From an uncultured delta proteobacterium (GTDB lineage: Bacteria > Desulfobacterota > Desulfobaccia > Desulfobaccales > 0-14-0-80-60-11): 64,000 nt of DNA. The notes under the pieces were generated by a model. The model saw only the letters and a program-made list of their open reading frames with translations, searched no databases and was not told where the DNA came from. Positions 19,312 through 28,624 of this stretch are shown piece after piece. The position numbers and the translations under genes are program-made. The stretch is from the NCBI GenBank assembly GCA_963797235.1, contig CAWCOX010000008.1:115764-179763 (forward strand), read 5' to 3'. Each line of letters starts with the position of its first letter. Position 1 is the stretch's first letter.

Positions 19312-19641
19312 ATGGTGAATGAATTGACAGGACAAGAATCCGTGAAAGAGGCGCTGAAGAGACTGAAGGCGGCCCGGAAGGCGCAGATTGCTGCGGCCAC
19401 CGGGCGGATGCAGGAGCAGCGGCGGGCGGTGCAGGCGATCAAGGCGCGCCTGGCCGGGGCGGAACTGACTGTGCCCGAGATCGCCGCAGGCACGGGTCTG
19501 CCGGTCTCCGAGGTGCTGTGGTATGTGGCGACGTTAAAGAAATACGGGGAGATTCTGGAAGGAGCGAAGGCCGGCAGTTATTTTCGTTACCGGCTGGGGG
19601 AAGCGGCGGCCGCAGAGACGGAAGGGGGCCAGGATGAGTAG
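19312..19641 (+). CDS. hypothetical winged-helix-like protein
   Basis: About 110 aa; the segment LTVPEIAAGTGLPVSEVLWYVATLKKYGEI looks like a wHTH. It is embedded in the operon. Confidence 0.55.
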   Translation: MVNELTGQESVKEALKRLKAARKAQIAAATGRMQEQRRAVQAIKARLAGAELTVPEIAAGTGLPVSEVLWYVATLKKYGEILEGAKAGSYFRYRLGEAAAAETEGGQDE

Positions 19642-19668
19642 GCGCGCCTCCTGGCAAGAGGACCGGAC

Positions 19669-19971
19669 ATGACCCGGGTAGATCCCGATTTTGCCGAAGA
19701 GCTCAAGTTCTACGGGGTGGATACGGCCCTGGAGTGCTTTAACTGCGGCACCTGTGCGGCCATCTGCCCGTTGGTCTACGAGCATTTTCCCCGGAAGATG
19801 ATCCGCTACGTCCAGGTGGGGGCCAAAGAGAAGATCCTGCAGAATGGCGCGGAACTCTGGAGGTGCCTGCACTGCGGCCTGTGCACCCGGACCTGTCCCC
19901 GCCAGGCCAACCCCGGTGAACTCATCCTGGGGCTGCGCCGCTACGTGGTGGCGCACTCACGGAGGAAGTAA
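19669..19971 (+). CDS. hdrC: HdrC-like 4Fe-4S dicluster protein
   Basis: CFNCGTCAAICP and CLHCGLCTRTCP. Confidence 0.8.
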   Translation: MTRVDPDFAEELKFYGVDTALECFNCGTCAAICPLVYEHFPRKMIRYVQVGAKEKILQNGAELWRCLHCGLCTRTCPRQANPGELILGLRRYVVAHSRRK

Positions 19972-19975
19972 GTTA

Positions 19976-20930
19976 ATGTTTAACCCCAGGGACATCATCG
20001 ACCTTATCGCCGCCAATGTGCGGCGGAGCCGCAATCCTTTCGGGGCGCCCGCCTCCCGGCTCAACACCTGGTGGCGAAAGAATGGCGGCTTTACCCGGCG
20101 GCCGGGGGACGCCCTGCTCTTCACCGGGCTGATGTACCAGGCCATCCCTTATATCGAGGCCACCACCCGTTACCTGGAGCGCCTGGAGGGCAGCCGCTGG
20201 GCGGATTATCTGCGGTTCGGCCGCTATCTCCCCGGCGTCGCTCACGGGTTGGGGATTATCCTTGCTGACCTCGGGGGCGGAAAAGCAGAAATTTGACGGC
20301 ATCCTGCGGTCCATTTGCCGTCTCCTGGACAAATCGGGGGTGGACTTTTTCTATCATCCCGAGATGGATTTCTATAGCGGCATCCTGCTTTACGACCTGG
20401 GGGACCAGGAGGGCTTTGCGGCGCACGCCCGGTTCGTGGCCCGGAATTTGAAGCTGCACGGTGTCAAAAAGCTCATCACCGTTGATCCGCATACCACCTA
20501 TGCCCTGAAAGAACTGTATCCGCAATACACCGGGGAGACTTTTGAGGTGCAGCCGTACTTCAGCCTGCTGAAGCTCGGCAAGGCCGGCGGCGGCAACGGC
20601 CGGGGGCCGGTGACCATCCACGACCCCTGTTTTTACGGGAGATACCTGAAGCTCTCGGCAGGGCCCCGGCAGGTGCTCAGCAGCCTGGGTCTGGAGTATG
20701 TGGAAGTGCGCAACTGCGGCGAGTTCACCTCTTGCTGCGGCGGCCCGGCGGAGTCGGTGTCCCCGGCCCTGAACCGGGAGATTTTGGGGCGGCGGGTGGC
20801 GGAACTACAGGCCAACGGCGCCCCGGTGGTCACCTTCTGTCCCATCTGTCTGGCCAACCTGCTCAAGGCGGGGGTGGCCGTGGAAGACCTGGCCAGCCTG
20901 GCGGACCGCTATGTTGAAGGCGAAACTTAA
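19976..20930 (+). pseudogene. hdrB: HdrB-like CCG-domain protein with one frameshift in the G5 run 20273-20277
   Basis: ATG 19976 after ggaggaag. The N-terminal part ends ...GLGIILADLGG; the continuation AEKQKFDGILRS...HDPCFYGRY...CCGGP...FCPICLANL is in the next frame. Confidence 0.8.
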
Positions 20931-20963
20931 CACAGCCCGAAATCCAAATAAGGAGGGTTTGAT

Positions 20964-21335
20964 ATGGCGGAAGAAAAAGAAAAAATGGTTTTAGTCGCCA
21001 CCCACGCGGGGGAGGACCCGGAGCGGGCCCTTTTTCCCCTAATGCTGGCCACCGCGGCCCAATCCATGGACGTGGAAGCCGTGGTGGTCTTACAGGGTAA
21101 CGGGGTCTATCTGGCCAAGAAAGGCTATGCCGACGACATCACCTTTCCCGGCCTGACCCCCATGAAGACCCTGGTGGAAAGCTACGTCGCCAACGGCGGC
21201 ACGTTCCTGGCCTGAATTCCCTGCCTCGCGGAGCGCAAGATCAGTCAGGCTGACTTGATCCAGGGAGTAGAGTTGGTAAAGGCGGGACGGTTGGTAGTGG
21301 AGATGACCAGCGCCAAATCCACGGTGGTTTATTAA
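20964..21335 (+). CDS. DsrE/DsrF-family selenoprotein (in-frame UGA at 21213-21215 read as Sec)
   Basis: MVLVATHAGEDPERALFPLMLATAAQ...GGTFLA-[UGA]-IPCLAERKISQADLIQGVELVKAGRLVVEMTSAKSTVVY. The same frame stays open for 39 more conserved codons. The UGA sits where family members carry the first Cys of CxxC. SD aaggagg. Confidence 0.75.
21239..21260 (+). other. candidate SECIS stem-loop
   Basis: gatcagtca-ggc-tgacttgatc is a 9-bp stem with one bulge and a G-rich loop, starting 24 nt after the UGA. It was not folded computationally. Confidence 0.4.
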
Positions 21336-21346
21336 ACATTTGAGCT

Positions 21347-21406
21347 AGTGGCACAGGCTTCTCCCAGCCTGGGTTCCTCACAGGCCAGAGGCCTGTGCCA
21401 CTTAAG
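21347..21406. repeat. AGTGGCACAGG...CCTGTGCCACT structured 60-nt element (copy 1)
   Basis: Long hairpin with 11-bp terminal stems. A second copy of about 75% identity, in opposite orientation, lies at 51034-51094. Confidence 0.75.
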
Positions 21407-21407
21407 C

Positions 21408-22790
<1,383 letters not shown>

Positions 22791-22801
22791 AGCCTGGACC
22801 T

Positions 22802-22823
22802 TGTTTTAACAGATGTTTTAACA
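22802..22823. promoter_or_regulatory. tandem TGTTTTAACA-ga-TGTTTTAACA in the divergent EBP / tusA-like promoter region
   Basis: Perfect 10-bp direct repeat 12 nt upstream of the EBP start codon. Confidence 0.3.
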
Positions 22824-22869
22824 TTAAGATATCATAAAGCGCCCAGGATGAAAAGCTGGATTTAATCCC

Positions 22870-23106
22870 ATGAAAGCTAATCAACAACTGGATATTTGCG
22901 GGGAGATGACTCCCGTCAGCCTGGCCATCTGCAAATGCACCCTGGCCCGACTGGCGTCCGGGGCGGTCTTGGAAATCCGCCTGCGGGATCGAGATACCCT
23001 GGCGGATTTGCTGATGATCGTGGAGCGCTCCGGGGATCAGGTCCTGGCCTGGGAAAACCGGGAGGAGCACTACCTTTTGTGGGTAAGGAAAAGTATCCCT
23101 GGATAA
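22870..23106 (+). CDS. TusA-related small protein (non-canonical active site)
   Basis: LDICGEMTPVSLAICKCTLARLASGAVLEIRL has a TusA-like fold pattern, with CGEMTP in place of CPxP. Confidence 0.6.
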   Translation: MKANQQLDICGEMTPVSLAICKCTLARLASGAVLEIRLRDRDTLADLLMIVERSGDQVLAWENREEHYLLWVRKSIPG

Positions 23107-23116
23107 TACGGACATC

Positions 23117-23144
23117 GTAGGGACGGCTCGCGAGCCGCCCCTAC
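23117..23144. repeat. GTAGGG-hairpin-CCCCTAC REP-like element
   Basis: gtagggacggctcgcgagccgcccctac. Confidence 0.85.
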
Positions 23145-23157
23145 ACCCCAAATCCCC

Positions 23158-24705
23158 TCACAGCCGTTCCGCCACGCTCTGCATCTCCATAAACAGCCGC
23201 AGGTAGTCGGGGCCGCCGGCCTTGGCGTTGGTCCCCGAGAGCTTGAAGCCGCCGAAGGGCTGCACGCCCACCAGGGCGCCGGTGATCTTGCGGTTGATAT
23301 AGAGATTGCCGACGTAGAACTCTCGTTTGGCCCGCTCGATCCGCTCCCGGCTGCGGCTGCAGAGGCCGCCGGTGAGGCCGTAAGCGGTGCCGTTGAAGAT
23401 TTGCACCGCCTCATCGAAATCCCGGGCCCGGAGCACCGCCAGCACCGGGCCGAAAATCTCGTGCTGCGCCAGGCGTGACTCGGGAGGCGCCTCGGCAAAG
23501 ATAGTGGGCTCGAGATAGTAGCCCCCGTCCCGGTCCACGGCCTGGCCGCCCAACACGAGTCTGGCCTGGGAGCGCCCCTGGTCGATCTCGGCCAGGATGG
23601 CGCGGTGCTGGGTCTCCGAGATGACCGGGCCGACCGGGAAATTTTCTTCCGCCGGACCAATCCGGAGGCCGGCGGCGGCAGCCACCACCCGCTCCAGCAA
23701 CTCCTCATAAACCTCAGTCAGGATGATCAGCCGGGAGGCCCCCGAACATTTCTGGCCCGAATAGCCAAAGGCGCTGGGGATGATGGCGGCCACGGCCTCG
23801 TCCAGGTCGGCGGTTTCATCCACCACCAGGGCGTCTTTGCCGCCCATTTCCAGAAAGGCCCGCTTCAGCCAGACCTGGCCCGGATGGACCTGCGCCGCGT
23901 GCTCGGCGATGCGGAGGCCCACGTCCTTGGAGCCGGTGAAATTGATGAAGCGGCTGTGGACGTGGTCTACCAGGTAATCGCCTACCTCGCCGCCGTTGCC
24001 GGGTAGAAAATTGATGACGCCAGCCGGGAAGCCGGCGGCAGCCACCAGCTCCATGAATCTGGCGGCGACCACGGGAGTATAAGACGAAGGCTTCAACACC
24101 ACGGTGTTGCCGGCAGCCACGGGGCCGATAGTCATGCCCGCCAGGATAGCCAGGGGAAAATTCCAGGGGGGGATGACCACCCCGGCCCCCAAGGGCTGGA
24201 GCCGCGACTCGTTGATTTCTCCCGGATAGGGCCTGACCTTCAGGGGGCGGGCCAGGTCCAGGGCCTGGCGGGCGTAGTACTCGCAGAAGTCGATGGCCTC
24301 GCAGACGTCAGCTTCGGCCTCCAACCAGTTCTTGGCGGCCTCCAGGGTTTCCCAGGCGGCGAGTTCGTATTTGTGGCGGCGCAGCTCGGCGGCGAGCTTT
24401 AGGACGACGGCCACCCTCGCCTCGGGGCGGAGCCCCGCCCAGGCCGGAAAGGCCCGCCAGGCGGCGTCCAAGGCCTGATCCGCTTGCGGCGCCGTGGCCG
24501 AGGCTACGGTGCCCACCACTTCGGCAGGCCGGGCCGGGTTGAGGCTGACGATTTTCGATGCAGTGTCAACCGCCCGGCCGTCGAGGCTCAGAGGCCAATG
24601 GCGGCCCAGACGCCGGCGCACCTGGGCCAGGGCCTCCCGGTAGGCCGCGGCCGGGGCGGGATGGTCAAAATCGCTGAGGGGCTCGTTCCGGAATGGTGCC
24701 AACAT
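23158..24705 (-). CDS. pruA: L-glutamate gamma-semialdehyde (P5C) dehydrogenase, aldehyde dehydrogenase family
   Basis: FRNEPLSDF N-terminus, FTGS, EMGGKD and GQKCSGASR (catalytic Cys). ATG 24705 has an AAGGTGAG SD. Confidence 0.85.
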   Translation of the reverse strand: MLAPFRNEPLSDFDHPAPAAAYREALAQVRRRLGRHWPLSLDGRAVDTASKIVSLNPARPAEVVGTVASATAPQADQALDAAWRAFPAWAGLRPEARVAVVLKLAAELRRHKYELAAWETLEAAKNWLEAEADVCEAIDFCEYYARQALDLARPLKVRPYPGEINESRLQPLGAGVVIPPWNFPLAILAGMTIGPVAAGNTVVLKPSSYTPVVAARFMELVAAAGFPAGVINFLPGNGGEVGDYLVDHVHSRFINFTGSKDVGLRIAEHAAQVHPGQVWLKRAFLEMGGKDALVVDETADLDEAVAAIIPSAFGYSGQKCSGASRLIILTEVYEELLERVVAAAAGLRIGPAEENFPVGPVISETQHRAILAEIDQGRSQARLVLGGQAVDRDGGYYLEPTIFAEAPPESRLAQHEIFGPVLAVLRARDFDEAVQIFNGTAYGLTGGLCSRSRERIERAKREFYVGNLYINRKITGALVGVQPFGGFKLSGTNAKAGGPDYLRLFMEMQSVAERL

Positions 24706-24784
24706 GGCGGTTCTCACCTTACCCGAAAAATTCAATAACTAACTCCAAACAGAACTATGGAGAGCCGGCGCCCTCGCTGCAGAA

Positions 24785-24806
24785 GAACAGCCGAGGGCGG
24801 CTGTTC
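24785..24806. repeat. GAACAGCCG hairpin (GGACAGCC family)
   Basis: gaacagccg-aggg-cggctgttc lies between the oxidoreductase and pruA. Confidence 0.7.
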
Positions 24807-24877
24807 TCCACAGGACGCAATGATTTTTGAAGCAATTTCTGGAGAAAAGTTAATGAGCCCGGATGCAGACCGCAAGG

Positions 24878-26086
24878 TCAGATGACGAATTCCTCGGGGG
24901 GCAAGGTCCGGCCCTGAAGGCCGAGGTCCGCCACGTTTAAGGGTTTCCCATCTCCCAGCTCCACCTGGGACCGGCCAAAACAGAGCCCGGCCGCGGCCCG
25001 GCCCAGGGAATCGGCCTTCATGATGCCGCTGCCGCTGGCGCCGCCCACCACCAAGGCGCCGGACAGATGATCTACGAAGGCGATGCGGTCGGGCGGGTGA
25101 TCTTCATAGAGGCCCGCCCAAGACTGGCCGGGTAGAGCTCCGCGGAATATCGGCAAATAGCGCGCCAATTGAGGCAGGATACGCGCCTCGAAAAACTCCG
25201 GCTCGGCCACGGGCCGATCTTCGAGACCCGGGGGCTGGTCCTCATTGGCAAAGCCGACGATGAAGGCGTTCGCCGCGGGCGCCGGCCGCAAATAGGCCTC
25301 GCCCGGCAGGATGGTGAAAGGCAAGAGGCCAGGGGCATTGAAGCCCCGGCTATGGAGCAGGCGGTTCAAGGGTCCGGCTGGGGCCTTGAGGGCGAACAAC
25401 TGGCGCTTCACGGCCACCATCGGGACAGTGAGGCCGGCCAGGGCCAGGGTGGCTGCCAGCCAGGGGCCGGTGGCCACCAGGGTTTGCCCGGCCAGGATTT
25501 CCCGGTGGCCGATCTTGACCCCGCGGATGAGTCCCTGATGATCTTGGACGAAGCCGGTGACTTCGACACCGACCTGGAATTGACCGCCCAGCCGGGTTAC
25601 CTCCCCGGCATAAAAGCCGGCCAGCCGGTTGGGGTTGAGGATGCCGCACCTAATCCCGAAAATCCCCCGGAAGATATCGCCGATTTGCAGATCGGGCAGT
25701 CGCCGGGCCAGTTCCCGGGGCTCCAAGGTCTCAAAAGCCACTCCGGCGTCGGCCATGGCCTTCAGGGCGGGGCCGTAGCCGGCCATCTGGGCCGCGGTGC
25801 GCAGCCAGAGATAGCCGAGGCGCAGCAGGTCGAGCTGCACCCCGGATTCCTGCAGATTTTCGTAGAAGGTGAGACTGCCCTGAGCGAGATGGCGGTTCAC
25901 CGGGGTGGCGAACATATCGCGGTAGGCCGCGGCGCTCCTGGCCGTGGTGCCTCGGCCGGGGCCCGGGAGGCGGTCGAGGACCAGAAGATTCAGGCGCGAA
26001 TCTGCCTGCAGGATATGGTAGGCGCTGGCCAGGCCCAGGATGCCGGCGCCGACCACCACGACGTCAGGATTAGTGGCCACGTGCAT
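24878..26086 (-). CDS. FAD-dependent oxidoreductase (DAO family)
   Basis: VVVVGAGILGLASAY dinucleotide-binding fold, 402 aa. It is probably co-transcribed with pruA. Confidence 0.8.
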   Translation of the reverse strand: MHVATNPDVVVVGAGILGLASAYHILQADSRLNLLVLDRLPGPGRGTTARSAAAYRDMFATPVNRHLAQGSLTFYENLQESGVQLDLLRLGYLWLRTAAQMAGYGPALKAMADAGVAFETLEPRELARRLPDLQIGDIFRGIFGIRCGILNPNRLAGFYAGEVTRLGGQFQVGVEVTGFVQDHQGLIRGVKIGHREILAGQTLVATGPWLAATLALAGLTVPMVAVKRQLFALKAPAGPLNRLLHSRGFNAPGLLPFTILPGEAYLRPAPAANAFIVGFANEDQPPGLEDRPVAEPEFFEARILPQLARYLPIFRGALPGQSWAGLYEDHPPDRIAFVDHLSGALVVGGASGSGIMKADSLGRAAAGLCFGRSQVELGDGKPLNVADLGLQGRTLPPEEFVI

Positions 26087-26664
26087 GCCCTGCCGTAGAG
26101 AAGAAATGGCAACCTGAAGGGAAGATAATCATTCCGGGCGGCAAAGAAAGTTCACCTTACTTTTCCACCCGGCCGGGCAGCGCTGGGAGAAATCTTGAAT
26201 TCGGTCCTGGCCGGATTCCGGAAAAAATCCTGTAACGGGATTAGTCTTACTTGCAGCGCCGGCGTTCCAGTTCAGCCGCAGCCAATAAGAAGCAGGCCTA
26301 ACAGCCTTAAACAAAGATAGGCCTTACGAGTCCTGCAGGTCTACTGTGGTGCTGCTTTTGCCCCGAAACTTTTGGCCGCGCGCCCCCATAAACGCCGTCC
26401 AGGTCCCAGCAATTCGGTGCGAAACAATGTGCCGGATTCGGCCCTTGCGGTGCCTGACATTGCCGGGGCGTCTTAGATGAGCGTAGTCCGCTATTTGGTC
26501 AAAAAACCGCTTAATCGGATGAACCATATTTCTTTAGTTATTGGCGCACCCTATTTTAGTTTGTAACTTATTGAAATAAAATCCTTGACAAACATAAATA
26601 AATGACAATAAGTAACTTAATTAGATTGATAAATCCACCATGTCAAAGAGAAAGGAACATTCAA

Positions 26665-27099
26665 ATGGCCACTGAAATCATGAAATTGACCGCAGAGATC
26701 ATCGTTTCTCACGCCTCTATGTCGGAAATATCACCCCAACAATTGATCGAAGAGATTAAAGAGGTCTATGCTACTCTGGCCTCTTTGGAAACCGGTGTTA
26801 TGCCCGTTGCTCCCGAGAAGGTTGAAGAAGTTGAAGGGGTGAAAAAACCGACGATCCCTTTGAAAGACATCGTTAAAGAGAAGTATGTGGTGTGCCTGGA
26901 ATGTGGGAAAAAATTGCGGACCCTCAGGACTCATATCCGCAAGGCCCACAATTTAATGCCCAAAGAATATTTTAAGAGATTTGGACTGGACCCGAAAAAA
27001 TATCCTCTCGTCTGTAAGGAATATTCGGAGCAACGCCGGCAACTGGCGTTGGATAAGGGCCTGGGAGCGTTCCGGCGCAAAGCCGCCAAGAAGGCGTAA
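26665..27099 (+). CDS. MucR/Ros family zinc-finger transcriptional regulator
   Basis: VVCLECGKKLRTLRTHIRKAHNLMPKEYFKRFGLDPKKYPLVCKEYSEQRRQLA (C-x2-C-x9-H-x4-H). Confidence 0.85.
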   Translation: MATEIMKLTAEIIVSHASMSEISPQQLIEEIKEVYATLASLETGVMPVAPEKVEEVEGVKKPTIPLKDIVKEKYVVCLECGKKLRTLRTHIRKAHNLMPKEYFKRFGLDPKKYPLVCKEYSEQRRQLALDKGLGAFRRKAAKKA

Positions 27100-27215
27100 G
27101 TCCGGCAAGCCGCGAGGGCACTGGAAGGCAATTTGGCCGCGGCCCTTTGGCCGGTGAGAGCCGCGGCGCGGCCAGAAAGGCCAAAAATTCTCTGCCCCAA
27201 CGGTTACATCAGGGC

Positions 27216-27281
27216 CATTCTGAACGAAGTGCAGGAACTCGACCCTCGAAACCTACGAGATGCTGCGCTTCGTTCAGAATG
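27216..27281. repeat. CATTCTGAACGAAG(T/C)GCAG 19-bp inverted repeat (28-nt spacer)
   Basis: 27216-27234 is the reverse complement of 27263-27281 with one mismatch. Confidence 0.8.
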
Positions 27282-27594
27282 AGCCTCGCACCAGGGCAGG
27301 TTTGGCCAGGGCGGGTAGCTTCGTCCCCAACTTGCCCTGAAGGTCGGGATGATATTTTTGACCTGGGTCCCAGATCAGGGGGCGGACTCCGACCAGAGCA
27401 CGACCTTGCTCCGGGCCTCGACCTCCTGCCAAACGCCCCATCCGGTTCTCCCCCATTCAACTTGCCTCTTCTAAAGGTCCTGTCGTTTTTAGTCGATGGA
27501 GTGGGAGGAGCAGCCAAAATCCCGGCAGCAGACCGGCTTTTCAAGGCAATTTGTGTTATCCTGCTGGCAGAAAGTACGGCTGGGGAGAAGGATC

Positions 27595-28356
27595 ATGCCT
27601 CATCGCACCCTCATCGCCATTCTGGCGTTAGTGGTTCTTGGTTTAGGGGCGGACTCGGCTCGGGCCCAGGAAAATCTGCCCCAGCTGATCAAGAAAATTC
27701 AGCCGGCCGTGGTTACGGTCATAGGCTACAATGCCAATGGCAAGGTTATCCGCATGGGAAGCGGCTTTTTCATTAATAACCACGGCCAGGTCATTACCGC
27801 GGCGCATGTTATTTATGGGGTGGCTCGAGCCGAGATCAAGACCGCGGATGGGGCACATTATCCGCTCAAGATGATGGTGGCGGAAGATCGGGCCGCCGAC
27901 CTCGTAAAACTTGTGGCTGAGGGGCTCCAAGACAATCGCGCCTATCTGCCGGTGGCGCCAATCCTGCCGGAGGTGGGAGAGCGGGTGGTGGTCGTGGGCA
28001 GTCCCCTGGGTTTGGAGCAGACTGTAACTGACGGCATGGTGTCAGGGATTCGCCAGATCCCCGGGCGGGGGGAAATCCTGCAAATATCGGCGCCGATTTC
28101 TCCCGGCTCCAGCGGCGGCCCGGTGGCCAATCTTCGGGGCGAAGTGGTCGGAGTGGCCACCTTTCAGATGGGCAGAGGCCAGAACCTGAATTTTGCCATA
28201 CCCGGCAAACGGGTGGCCGCGCTGCGGGATTTTCCTCCCAGGCCGCTGCCTGAAATCGCAGCAGGGGAAACGCCGCCGCCCCAGCCGGGACTGAAGTCAT
28301 CGCTGCCACCCAGACCGCAAATTCTGGTGCCGCCGCCCAGAATGCAACTACCCTAG
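27595..28356 (+). CDS. secreted trypsin-like serine protease (S1C, no PDZ domain)
   Basis: Signal peptide, TAAHVI (His), DLVKL (Asp) and GSSGGPV (Ser). Confidence 0.85.
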   Translation: MPHRTLIAILALVVLGLGADSARAQENLPQLIKKIQPAVVTVIGYNANGKVIRMGSGFFINNHGQVITAAHVIYGVARAEIKTADGAHYPLKMMVAEDRAADLVKLVAEGLQDNRAYLPVAPILPEVGERVVVVGSPLGLEQTVTDGMVSGIRQIPGRGEILQISAPISPGSSGGPVANLRGEVVGVATFQMGRGQNLNFAIPGKRVAALRDFPPRPLPEIAAGETPPPQPGLKSSLPPRPQILVPPPRMQLP

Positions 28357-28624
28357 GCTCTCTCGCCATCCCTGCCCTGCGGATGATCGCCTGCGGGTCT
28401 TTTCTTCGGGCACCTGCGGCCCGGGGCCGCGAGATCAACCAGCCCGCATCATCACCAACTTCCTGGTCACCGCTTTATTTTTTAATAAATCGCTCCGGTT
28501 GAGGTCGATTCTGGGCCAACGAATGACTATTTTTTCGTAGTGGCGGTTCTCGTGCCGCCACGGCCGAGGGGGCTGTGGCATATTTTTCGGTAAGCGCTCC
28601 CTATCCCACTAAAAAGGCCGAGAC

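Noticed and set aside
21347-21362. TGGCAC inside the AGTGGCACAGG elements (also at 51037), and TGGCAT at 28586, considered as sigma-54 promoters.
   Set aside because: None has a TTGC/GC element at the required GG-N10-GC spacing. The TGGCAC is part of a hairpin stem repeated in both orientations.
26324-26527. 67-codon ORF containing ...DYAHL..., reminiscent of the tyrosine-recombinase R-Y-A-H-L ending.
   Set aside because: The motif is near the N-terminus of the ORF rather than following a catalytic domain. No upstream recombinase sequence exists in any frame, so the ORF is left uncalled.
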